Source of the DNA: Candidatus Bathyarchaeia archaeon
GTDB taxonomy: Archaea > Thermoproteota > Bathyarchaeia > Bathyarchaeales > Bathycorpusculaceae
Length of the DNA: 20,855 nt
NCBI GenBank assembly: GCA_050012755.1
Contig: JBEKGO010000039.1
Location: forward strand, 1-20,855
Direction: 5' to 3'
In this document: positions 1 through 8,157 of the stretch, piece by piece
Position numbering within the stretch: position 1 is the stretch's first letter
Layout of the letters: every line of letters begins with the position of its first letter
The notes under the pieces: generated by a model
Seen by the model: the letters and a program-made list of their open reading frames with translations, nothing else
Database searches by the model: none
Told to the model about the DNA's origin: nothing
Program-made: the position numbers and the translations under genes

Positions 1-2
1 CT

Positions 3-536
3 GCCCAGTCTGTTGAAGAGCTTGTAGCCGAAGCGTTAGAAGAAGGAGCCTACGGCATCATGTACAAGCCGATTGACACCAAAAAGCTTGTTGAATTCAT
101 AGAAACCAAGAGAAGTGGGGCTCTAATCTTATTTGTCGACGTCGATCTGTCCGCAACCCAAGTACTTGTTGGCGCTCTCAAGAAAATAGGATATCGTGTA
201 GCACAAGCTAGGAGCGGTGAAGAAGCCAAAAAGCTTGTCCAAAGTAAGAAGTGTGATATGGTCTTCATTGAAGTCAAGATGCCTATTATGAACGGTATAG
301 AGACTTATATGGCTCTGAGAAAGATCAGGCCTGACATCAAGGTTGTCATGACGACTAATTATCGTGAAGGCCTAGAAGACTTGATAGATCAAGCCCTAAA
401 TGAGGGTGCTTACGCATGTATCTACAAGCCTTTTGAGGTTAAGAAAGTCGCAAAGTTGTTGGAAAGGATACTGGACGGAAAGACAAAAACCGAGATTCAG
501 AAGATGGAAACGGAAGAAAATGACAGAAAAAGATAG
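3..536 (+). CDS. Response regulator with tandem receiver domains, 5'-truncated by the window edge
   Basis: Frame is open from base 3 (AQSVEELVAEALEEGAYGIMYKP = end of one REC domain), so ATG 60 is internal. A second REC follows (ILFVDVD...FIEVKMPIMNG...VVMTT...YKPF). Confidence 0.85.
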   Translation, partial: AQSVEELVAEALEEGAYGIMYKPIDTKKLVEFIETKRSGALILFVDVDLSATQVLVGALKKIGYRVAQARSGEEAKKLVQSKKCDMVFIEVKMPIMNGIETYMALRKIRPDIKVVMTTNYREGLEDLIDQALNEGAYACIYKPFEVKKVAKLLERILDGKTKTEIQKMETEENDRKR

Positions 537-1680
537 AATTCTGATAATCGATAATGACACGGACACGCTCGAGGGCCTAAGCGATATTCTTCATGAAAAA
601 GGATACCAAACAGAAACTGCCAAGAATGGAAAAGAGGCTATTGCAAAGGCAGAGAAACGCTTCTTTAATGTTCTGATAATTGACGACGACGAAGACACGC
701 TCGAGGGCCTAAGCGATATTCTTCATGAAAAAGGATACCAAACAGAAACTGCCAAGAATGGAAAAGAGGCTATTGCAAAGGCAGAGAAACGCTTCTTTAA
801 TGTTGCCTTAGTAGACGTAGGGCTCCCAGATATGACGGGCGTAGAAGTTCTCCAGGTCTTCGGGAAGATATCCCCTTACACAATGAACGTCATCATAACG
901 GGAGCCGCGACCGTGCAAAACGCAATAGAAAGCGTGAACGTGGGGGCCAGCGCCTACCTTATGAAGCCAATAGACCATGAGACACTTGACAAAATACTGG
1001 ACGAATGTTTGAAAAAGCAGCAATTGCTTATCTTTCCAAACGAAGTACCCGGTTGCCTAAGGAAACCCAAGATCAGACTTTTACTGCAAACAATAACAGA
1101 TGAAAAAATAACTGAATTCAAACCATCAATCAGCAATGAAAAAGGCGTTTTCTACCGTGAAATCGAAAAAATAATCCCCAATCCATCCGAGTACTATCAA
1201 GTCCTTGAAATTCTCGAAAAATACGGAATACTGACAAGGAAACGTTTTGACTCTGTCCTAGCATGCCCCTCATGCAACTCGATCAAAATATCCATGAGAT
1301 TAGCTTGCCCTTCCTGCAGATCAACAAATATTAACAAACAGGCTGGAATATTCTTCAAGTGCAATGCCTGCGGGAAGGAAGCGTCTATGCCTGAACACAT
1401 ATACAGTTGCGAAGACTGCAAAAGAAGCTGTGCTGAAGATAAACTTAGAACAAAAGAAACTTTCACGCTTGAAGTCTCAAACGTTCATGAACTCCTTATA
1501 AAGAAATGGATAGAAGATTTAGACAACATGCTGACATCCGCGCAAGAATTCTATAGGCAGTCACCGCCATGCGAATCAAATAGACCGAAGGTCTCTTACT
1601 CAGCATCGAAGGTCTTTTACTCAACATTAGCGAAGAAAGGCAAAAACCTTAGGGTTACTGAAGAGAAATCGCAAGAATGA
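520..1680 (+). CDS. Response regulator: REC domain (duplicated N-terminal half) + Cys-rich Zn-ribbon output domain, TackOD1-like
   Basis: Start ATG 520 (MTEKDRILIID) overlaps the upstream stop. REC motifs intact (LIIDDD, VALVDVGLPDMTG, IITG, YLMKP). C-terminus has four CxxC pairs (CPSC, CPSC, CNAC, CEDC) after a helical LEILEKYGIL segment. Confidence 0.8.
   Translation: MTEKDRILIIDNDTDTLEGLSDILHEKGYQTETAKNGKEAIAKAEKRFFNVLIIDDDEDTLEGLSDILHEKGYQTETAKNGKEAIAKAEKRFFNVALVDVGLPDMTGVEVLQVFGKISPYTMNVIITGAATVQNAIESVNVGASAYLMKPIDHETLDKILDECLKKQQLLIFPNEVPGCLRKPKIRLLLQTITDEKITEFKPSISNEKGVFYREIEKIIPNPSEYYQVLEILEKYGILTRKRFDSVLACPSCNSIKISMRLACPSCRSTNINKQAGIFFKCNACGKEASMPEHIYSCEDCKRSCAEDKLRTKETFTLEVSNVHELLIKKWIEDLDNMLTSAQEFYRQSPPCESNRPKVSYSASKVFYSTLAKKGKNLRVTEEKSQE
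541..804 (+). repeat. In-frame tandem duplication, 2 x 132 bp (44 codons)
   Basis: 562-672 is identical to 694-804 (111 bp); 541-561 vs 673-693 differ at 7 of 21 positions. Confidence 0.97.
1586..1627 (+). repeat. Short in-frame tandem repeat, 2 x 21 bp
   Basis: cgaaggtctcttactcagcat / cgaaggtcttttactcaacat, 19/21 identical (KVSYSAS / KVFYSTL). Confidence 0.8.
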
Positions 1681-1699
1681 AATATTAACGGAGCCCTCG

Positions 1700-1867
1700 A
1701 TGTCAACGAGGAAGAGTGATTTTTGGTTCTGACAAAAAGTCGGCTGGAAAATAAGTGAAGAAGGAGAACCAGACAAAGGAGCCAAATTCACCTTTCCAAA
1801 ACTGAACAGGAACGGAAAAATAAACTTTCAAATTGCAAAAAGAATTGACGAACTAAAGGAAAATTGA
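1700..1867 (+). pseudogene. Remnant of a histidine kinase HATPase_c C-terminus
   Basis: Frame reads MSTRKSDFWF*QKVGWKISEEGEPDKGAKFTFPKLNRNGKINFQIAK..., resembling the GWxI...GEPGKGAxF end of sensor kinases. In-frame TGA at 1730-1732, no upstream kinase body, directly after two response regulators. Confidence 0.6.
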
Positions 1868-2407
1868 AGAAAACGAGTATGCCAAAACGAACCGTCTCGG
1901 AAAAAAATGAAATGGAAGCAAAAGGGAATACGATTTTTCATTCCAAAAGAACATTCCACATCATAACAGTTGAGAATGAATACCAAAAAGTTGCAAGAAC
2001 CACCAAAAGAAACATTTTATTAAGCATTGATTTTCTGTTAAAGGAATAGACTACAATGCCTAAGCAGAGACAAATAATACTTGAGCACAGTGAAAGCCAT
2101 ATGAAAAGATTCATTATTGTCTATTCAATCGTTTGTTTGGCTCCAAATCTTTGGTGAAAACGCACATTGAACTTGATTCTGCCTTGGTGTGGTTTAACCT
2201 GAATACGTCTGGCTTCATATAAAAAAAATGTGATTTGCTAATCTGTATTCCAGTTAACTTTTTTTAAGAGGCTGCTTTAGGCGCAACGATGAGCTATGTG
2301 AACCAGTTCTATTGTTTTTTTGTTTTGCAACAGCAGTTGCTTGAGTTAAGCAATTTACCGTTGTTATGGGGAAAAGTAATTAAATCGGTCCCGAGTATCT
2401 GAAAAAG

Positions 2408-2716
2408 TTGGAGATAGTTTCTGTGCTAAGCTTGAATTCTGTTCCTCAATCGCCAACAAATACATCCCCTTACATGCCTCAAAAGCGAAGGGCATCATTA
2501 TATTTTGACTTAGGCTTGATATGTGCTTTTGGCAGCTTACTTGTGTTTCCAGAAATTTTCGGTTCAGTTGCCATAATTCTTGGAGCCTATACTTGGAGGC
2601 TTGAAAGTGCTGAAAATAAAAGCCGTGGACTTCTGCTTGTAATATTTGGGATTGTAGCTATGCTGGTGGGAATTTATTACACATCTTTCTTCGGCATCTA
2701 TAATATACTTCCATGA
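2408..2716 (+). CDS. Small membrane protein (2-3 hydrophobic segments; DUF4190-like pattern); start uncertain (2408, 2423 or 2474)
   Basis: Hydrophobic LGLICAFGSLLVFPEIFGSVAIILG and GLLLVIFGIVAMLVGIYY segments after a Pro/Ser-rich N-terminus. Confidence 0.65.
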   Translation: MEIVSVLSLNSVPQSPTNTSPYMPQKRRASLYFDLGLICAFGSLLVFPEIFGSVAIILGAYTWRLESAENKSRGLLLVIFGIVAMLVGIYYTSFFGIYNILP

Positions 2717-2742
2717 AAGGCTTGGAAAAAAAGTCTTGATAT

Positions 2743-3816
2743 TTAAGGACTTTTAGCTTTCTCGTACGCGCTAGCTACAGCTCCGCTAGTTAGGACACCA
2801 ACAACTTTTGAAGGAGTTTCCCTATCCACAACAGGCAAAAGATCGATTTTTTCCTTAGTCATAAGCTTGTAAGCTTCAAAAACTCCTTCATCTGGATACG
2901 TTGAAATTTTTGTCAGCGGCATCTGCTCAACCCTAATGTTGTCACGTTGTTCTTGTTGAACCTTAATTATTTCGTTCCACGTGACTAAACCCTGAAAAAC
3001 CCCATCCTTTTCCACGAGTGCGTCATGATATTTGGATTTAAACATGATTTCCAAAGCTTCAGCAATGGTTTGGTCAGGACGAACTGAAGTGATCTCAGAT
3101 TGCATCACATCTTTTACGCTAACGCTAGCCAACATGGTTGAAACAATTGTTTGTTCTGCTTCTTCACTTGCACCGATGTAAATAAAAAAGCCGATTAGTA
3201 TTAGCACTGGATTAAAGAAGAAAAATCCTACTGCCACCATCAAAATTCCAAATATTCTGCCGATGTAAGCCGCGTATTTTGTTGCGTTAGAAAACTTCAT
3301 GCGTTCAGCTAATAAAGCCCTGAAAACTCTTCCTCCATCCATAGGGAAGGCTGGAATTAGATTGAATGCACCCAGCAGCAGGTTTAGGTATCCTAGGTCG
3401 AGAAGTATGTTTCCTGTCGAAAAGATTACGGAAGAAGGAGTGAAGCTCGGTATTTTCGTTGGTAACGCATAGTTGATGCCTATTAGAGCGGCTCCAAGTA
3501 CTATGCTTGTTAGCGGTCCAGCAATTGCCATTCGCCATTCTATTGAGGGGTTTTCAGGTATTTCCTCTATTTCTGAAACTCCGCCGATTGGATATAGAAC
3601 AATTTTACGAACTTTAATGTCATAGCGTCTTGCAACTACCGAGTGAGCAAGCTCGTGGAAGAAAACGAAGACAAATAGGAAAACAACTAAAATAAACGAG
3701 TAAATATCATGGAAGTAAACGGCTAAACCCAAAACTGCCAGAATTAATAGGATAAAGGTAAGGTGCAGCTCAATTGGGATTCCCCAAGCTGAGCCTATTT
3801 TGAAAGATAACTTCAT
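2743..3816 (-). CDS. Site-2 protease family (M50) Zn metalloprotease with C-terminal CBS pair
   Basis: HELAH Zn motif, AGP, FNLIPAFPMDGGR, multiple TM helices; CBS repeats (VKDVM..., LPVVD...VVGVLT). Confidence 0.95.
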   Translation of the reverse strand: MKLSFKIGSAWGIPIELHLTFILLILAVLGLAVYFHDIYSFILVVFLFVFVFFHELAHSVVARRYDIKVRKIVLYPIGGVSEIEEIPENPSIEWRMAIAGPLTSIVLGAALIGINYALPTKIPSFTPSSVIFSTGNILLDLGYLNLLLGAFNLIPAFPMDGGRVFRALLAERMKFSNATKYAAYIGRIFGILMVAVGFFFFNPVLILIGFFIYIGASEEAEQTIVSTMLASVSVKDVMQSEITSVRPDQTIAEALEIMFKSKYHDALVEKDGVFQGLVTWNEIIKVQQEQRDNIRVEQMPLTKISTYPDEGVFEAYKLMTKEKIDLLPVVDRETPSKVVGVLTSGAVASAYEKAKSP

Positions 3817-3971
3817 AGGTAAAGTGAGGAAACGTTTGCTTTTTAAATTTTCGATAATAGACCTGCTTGGTCTGGTTGCTTTTTCGTATTGAATAATCGC
3901 TGGTCACATTTTTTTGGAACTGCAATATGGTTATATAACTGCCTTCGCTAGCTTATTTTGAGGTTTGTCCT
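3817..3971. promoter_or_regulatory. Divergent archaeal promoter region
   Basis: TTTAAA about 27 bp upstream of the protease ATG (- strand, likely leaderless); TTATATAA at 3931-3938 and a GAGGT RBS before TTG 3972. Confidence 0.5.
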
Positions 3972-4340
3972 TTGTCTAAACTTGTTTGGAATAAACCCGT
4001 CTTATGCATTTTTAAAGAGCGAGAACCCTTCGAAATAGATCCATTTGTAGTAGTTAAAGCCAAGAAGCTGGCTCTTACACCTCAAACTGGCTCTAAATGT
4101 TCTGGCAAAGTGGAGGATTTTTTCACTCTTATGGGCGACGCCGATTATCTTTCGACCTCTGAAGGTGCAACTGACCATTATGTTATGTGTTGGTTTGACG
4201 ATACAGAGCCAGATATGACTAAGGATTTGAGACGCCTACGAGGAGTTACTTTTACGGGGAAAGTCACTTTTTTCCTCAATGAAGGCGGTAAACGCACTTA
4301 TAACGCTGCTTTTAAGGCTGAGCATGCCAAACTGAAATAA
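3972..4340 (+). CDS. Hypothetical soluble protein, 122 aa
   Basis: TTG start with RBS and TATA box, globular beta-rich composition, T-tract after the stop; no family recognised. Confidence 0.75.
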   Translation: MSKLVWNKPVLCIFKEREPFEIDPFVVVKAKKLALTPQTGSKCSGKVEDFFTLMGDADYLSTSEGATDHYVMCWFDDTEPDMTKDLRRLRGVTFTGKVTFFLNEGGKRTYNAAFKAEHAKLK

Positions 4341-4500
4341 GCATCTATTTTTGCATTTTTTTCGAACGATGATTCAGTAACATGATTTTGATAGTGAGCG
4401 GTCTTCTTCATCGTGCATTGTTACAGGTGAATTTTGCATTTTTGTTAAAATCACTCTTAAATATGACTGAATAAATTTAGATTGGATAAGGTCGTAGACC

Positions 4501-4902
4501 ATGGTAGAGCAAAAATTGCAGGCTACTCTAATTACTGGTAGAACAATTGATCAAGGCGTAGGAAAAGAGATGGGGAAAGGCTCCAAAGAATACTTTGACA
4601 GCACTTCGGTCTGTTTTATAGACAAGTCTGACATGGTAAAACTGGGTATAAAAAGTGGAACAAACGTTCAAGTGACCTCCAAGTATGGTTCAGTCATCGT
4701 TAAAGCAGTAAAATTTCCAAGCGGAATCACACCTGGAATGGTTTTCATACCATGCGGTTTATGGGCAAATGCAATCTGCGGCGACGAAACTTTCGGCATG
4801 GGCATGCCTATGTTTAAGGGTTTCCCAGTTGAAGTTGAAGCTGCCCCAAAAGGAGTCGTCTTAACCCTCGATGAGCTTCTAATGAAAGAATATGGACGGT
4901 AA
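4501..4902 (+). CDS. fwdD: Formylmethanofuran dehydrogenase subunit D (molybdopterin dinucleotide binding)
   Basis: LITGRTIDQG, VTSKYGSVIV, GMVFIPCGLWAN and MPMFKG motifs; first gene of the fwd operon. Confidence 0.93.
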   Translation: MVEQKLQATLITGRTIDQGVGKEMGKGSKEYFDSTSVCFIDKSDMVKLGIKSGTNVQVTSKYGSVIVKAVKFPSGITPGMVFIPCGLWANAICGDETFGMGMPMFKGFPVEVEAAPKGVVLTLDELLMKEYGR

Positions 4903-4908
4903 ATTGTC

Positions 4909-6459
4909 ATGACCGAAATAAAATCCGTTGTTTGTCCAATATGTGGCTGCTTATGTGATGACTTAGAAGTTACAGTGGAAAATAACGAAATTATAAAAAT
5001 GAAGAATGGCTGTGCCCAGTGTGAAGCCAAAATGGTTCACGGGTACAAAAGCGAAGAAAGAATTCTAAAACCGATGATAAGAAAAGACGGCAAGTTAGTT
5101 CCTGTCTCCATGAATGAAGCCGTCCACAAAGCAGCTCAAATTCTCACCGACGCAAAGTATCCGCTTCTATTCGGCTGGAGCAGCTCAACCAGCGAAGCGC
5201 AGCGAGTTGGCGTCGAACTAGCGGAAGAATTAGGCTCAGCATTGGACAACTGCTGCAGCGTTTGCCACGGACCATCAGTTATGGCTGAACAAGAAATCGG
5301 CATCCCCTCATGTACTCTTGGACAAATCAGACACCGTGCAGACCTCGTAATTTACTGGGCATGCGACCCATGGGCTTCACACCCAAGACATCTTGAAAGA
5401 TACACCAGTTTCACTGAAGGTCGCTTTGAAGGCAGCGAATGGAAAAATTACATGGAAAAACTGAAAGGCGCTGCAAGCCAGAAAAAAGTTGCCGCAGCTT
5501 CAAAGAGGATATTGGGTAGCTATAATCCTCCAATTCATCCACAAACATGCGCTGTAGGCGCGCCGCCTCAGGCAATCAACAAGAATGGGCGTAAACTAAT
5601 TGTTGTTGATGTCAGAAAAACCATAACTGCCGAGGCAGCTGATTATTTTATTCAGGTAGAACCAAACAAAGATTATGAAATACTAGACTCCATGAGATGT
5701 TTAGTGGCTGACCAAGAACTTGATGTTGACAAGGTTGGTGGTGTTCCAGTTGAATACCTTAAAGAAGTAACAGACGCAATGGTAAACTGCGATTTCGGTG
5801 TCATCTTCTTTGGTCTAGGCTTAACTCAAAGCGCAGGCAGATTCAGAAACGTCGAAATTGCAATCGCATTAACACGTGACCTTAACAGAAGAACCAAGTT
5901 TGTTATTTCGCCCATGCGAGGGCATTTCAACGTTACGGGCGCAAACATAGTTTTCGCTTGGCAAACAGGTTATCCATATGCACTTGATTTCTCACAAGGC
6001 TATCCACAATATAACCCTGGAGAATTCACAGCAATTGATTTGCTCAGACGCGGCGACAACGATGCAACCCTAGTTATTTCGTCAGATCCAGGTGCGCACT
6101 TTCCTAGGGTAGCAATGCAAAATATGATGAAGCACCCGATAATCACCATTAACCCAGACATGAACGCTATCTCAAGGCTTGGCGATGTAGTATTTCCAAC
6201 TCAGTGGTGCGGCATAGAATACGAGGGTACCGCTTACCGCATGGATCAGGTGCCAATAATGCTCCACAAAGTTGTTGAGCCACCAAAGGGCATTCTAAAC
6301 GACGAAGAACTATTAAAGAAAATACTAAAAGAGGTTCGAGCAATCAAAGCCCAAAATCCAGAAACCGAAACTAACGCCGAACTTAAAGCACGCAACAAAC
6401 TGGCACCTAAGATCGAAATTAAACAAAGAAAGAAAACAAAAAAAGCGGAGATTGCTTAA
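4909..6459 (+). CDS. fwdB: Formylmethanofuran dehydrogenase subunit B (Mo/W-bis-PGD catalytic subunit, Cys ligand)
   Basis: CPICGCLCDD [4Fe-4S] motif, SVCHGP metal-ligand motif (TGC at 5263-5265), HPRH, MRGHFNV, GTAYRMD. Confidence 0.96.
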   Translation: MTEIKSVVCPICGCLCDDLEVTVENNEIIKMKNGCAQCEAKMVHGYKSEERILKPMIRKDGKLVPVSMNEAVHKAAQILTDAKYPLLFGWSSSTSEAQRVGVELAEELGSALDNCCSVCHGPSVMAEQEIGIPSCTLGQIRHRADLVIYWACDPWASHPRHLERYTSFTEGRFEGSEWKNYMEKLKGAASQKKVAAASKRILGSYNPPIHPQTCAVGAPPQAINKNGRKLIVVDVRKTITAEAADYFIQVEPNKDYEILDSMRCLVADQELDVDKVGGVPVEYLKEVTDAMVNCDFGVIFFGLGLTQSAGRFRNVEIAIALTRDLNRRTKFVISPMRGHFNVTGANIVFAWQTGYPYALDFSQGYPQYNPGEFTAIDLLRRGDNDATLVISSDPGAHFPRVAMQNMMKHPIITINPDMNAISRLGDVVFPTQWCGIEYEGTAYRMDQVPIMLHKVVEPPKGILNDEELLKKILKEVRAIKAQNPETETNAELKARNKLAPKIEIKQRKKTKKAEIA

Positions 6460-8157
6460 ATGACCGAGTTACTAATAAAAAACGGCTTCGTCTTTGACCC
6501 TATTAACAAGATTAACGGGGAAAAAATGGATATAGCCATCAAAGGCGGCAAAATCGTTCACAAAGTCGGCAGCAAAGCCCAAGTAATTGACGCCTCAGGC
6601 TTGACTGTCATGCCGGGCGGCGTTGACATTCATACGCACATTGCAGGTGGGGAAGTTAACACTGGCAGAATAATTCGTCCTGATGACCATGTTAAAGATG
6701 TGGAACGCAAAACAGTCATGACTCGTGGCGGTACTGGTTACTCCATTCCTTCCACTTTCATTACTGGTTACCGTTATTCTCGTATGGGATATACGACCGT
6801 TATGAATCCATCAATGGCGCCACTGTCAGCTAAACATACCCATGAAGAATTAAATGACATACCCTTGCTTGACAAAGCCTCTTATCCACTTTTGGGCGAC
6901 TGGTGGTTTGTACTAGAAAACCTAGCTAAAGGTAACATTGAAGAATGCGCTAAACATGTCGCTTGGATGCTGGATATAACCAAGGGTTATGCCATAAAAA
7001 TCGTTAACCCGGGAGGCTTAGAATCTTGGGGTTTCGGACACAACGTCCACAGCATCGACGATCAAGTAGCCAACTTCTGCATCACCCCACGCGAAATAAT
7101 ATGCGGCTTAGCCAAAGTTAACGCCCTGCTCAACCTACCTCACTCTATACATCTTCACACTAACAACCTTGGATTACCCGGTAACTATGCTACAACACTT
7201 GATACTATGAAGGCGCTAGAAAGCGTGCCTTACAACGGCAAACCCGTTGGACACATTACTCACTTGCAGTTCTCGAGCTTCGCAGGCGACAGCTGGGCAC
7301 ACTTTAATTCAGCATCAGAAGAAATTTCAAATTACATTAACGCACACAACCACATGACCTTTGACATGGGGCAAGTCATATTTACAGACACAACAACGAT
7401 GACGGCTGACGGACCATTCGAGTTTTCACTCTACGAGTTAGGTGGCCACAATAAATGGGTTAACAGTGACGTTGAAACAGAAACTAGCGGCGGAATAATA
7501 CCCTTCCACTACAAGAAAAACAGCCCAGTAAACGCGTTGCAATGGTCCATTGGATTGGAATTGGCTTTGCTCATTAAGGACCCCTGGAAAATGTTCATGA
7601 CAACCGACCACCCCAACGGCGGACCCTTCTTTGCTTACCCACGCGTTCTCGCTTGGCTATACAGCAAGAAAGCACGCGAAGCAACACTCAAACATTGCCA
7701 CAAGAAAGCGCAGAAAAAGAGCTTGCTCCCGACAATCAACCGTGAAATGTCACTCTACGACATAGCCATTATGACCCGCGCAGGACAAGCAAAAGCTTTG
7801 GGTCTTCAAAACAAAGGCCAACTTGGCGTTGGCGCAGACGCAGACGTCGCAATATACAACATTAACCCTGAAAAACTCGACATAGCCCAAAAATTCAAGA
7901 CCGCACGCAAAGCCTTCAAACATGCATCCTACACCATCAAAGGCGGCAAAATCGTTGTGAAAGATGGCGAAGTAGTAAACAACACCACGCCTGGCAGAAC
8001 CATGTGGCTTGATGTCCAAACCAAAAACCCCTGCATAATTGACGAGGAAATGAGACGCAAATTCAAACAATACTGGACAATCGAATATGACAATTACCCA
8101 GTGTTCGACCATTACCTCAGGGTTCCAGAAAAATTAACTGTGAAGGCAAGTGTCTGA
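6460..8157 (+). CDS. fwdA: Formylmethanofuran dehydrogenase subunit A (binuclear amidohydrolase)
   Basis: DIHTHIAG, KIVNPGG, HLHTNNLG, HITHLQF and TDHPNGGP motifs. Confidence 0.97.
   Translation: MTELLIKNGFVFDPINKINGEKMDIAIKGGKIVHKVGSKAQVIDASGLTVMPGGVDIHTHIAGGEVNTGRIIRPDDHVKDVERKTVMTRGGTGYSIPSTFITGYRYSRMGYTTVMNPSMAPLSAKHTHEELNDIPLLDKASYPLLGDWWFVLENLAKGNIEECAKHVAWMLDITKGYAIKIVNPGGLESWGFGHNVHSIDDQVANFCITPREIICGLAKVNALLNLPHSIHLHTNNLGLPGNYATTLDTMKALESVPYNGKPVGHITHLQFSSFAGDSWAHFNSASEEISNYINAHNHMTFDMGQVIFTDTTTMTADGPFEFSLYELGGHNKWVNSDVETETSGGIIPFHYKKNSPVNALQWSIGLELALLIKDPWKMFMTTDHPNGGPFFAYPRVLAWLYSKKAREATLKHCHKKAQKKSLLPTINREMSLYDIAIMTRAGQAKALGLQNKGQLGVGADADVAIYNINPEKLDIAQKFKTARKAFKHASYTIKGGKIVVKDGEVVNNTTPGRTMWLDVQTKNPCIIDEEMRRKFKQYWTIEYDNYPVFDHYLRVPEKLTVKASV

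Noticed and set aside
400-519. N-terminal extension of ORF 400..1680 in the track
   Set aside because: Overlaps the upstream regulator in another frame; REC homology starts at ATG 520.
541-804. Repeat as CRISPR array or mobile-element end
   Set aside because: Two in-frame coding copies, no spacers, no cas or transposase genes.
1730-1732. In-frame TGA as possible selenocysteine, given selD in the window
   Set aside because: It sits in a decayed kinase fragment at a position with no expected Cys; no SECIS-like element seen. More simply a nonsense codon.
1864-2049. 61-aa ORF
   Set aside because: Short, A-rich, no motif or clear RBS; cannot be supported.
4366-4424. Crossing complementary pairs ACGATGA/TCATCGT and GTAACA/TGTTAC (pseudoknot-like)
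   Set aside because: Only 6-7 bp, upstream of the fwdD TATA box so outside its leader; plausible by chance.
4909-6459. Sec-containing FwuB-type subunit
   Set aside because: The ligand codon is TGC (Cys) and the frame is uninterrupted.
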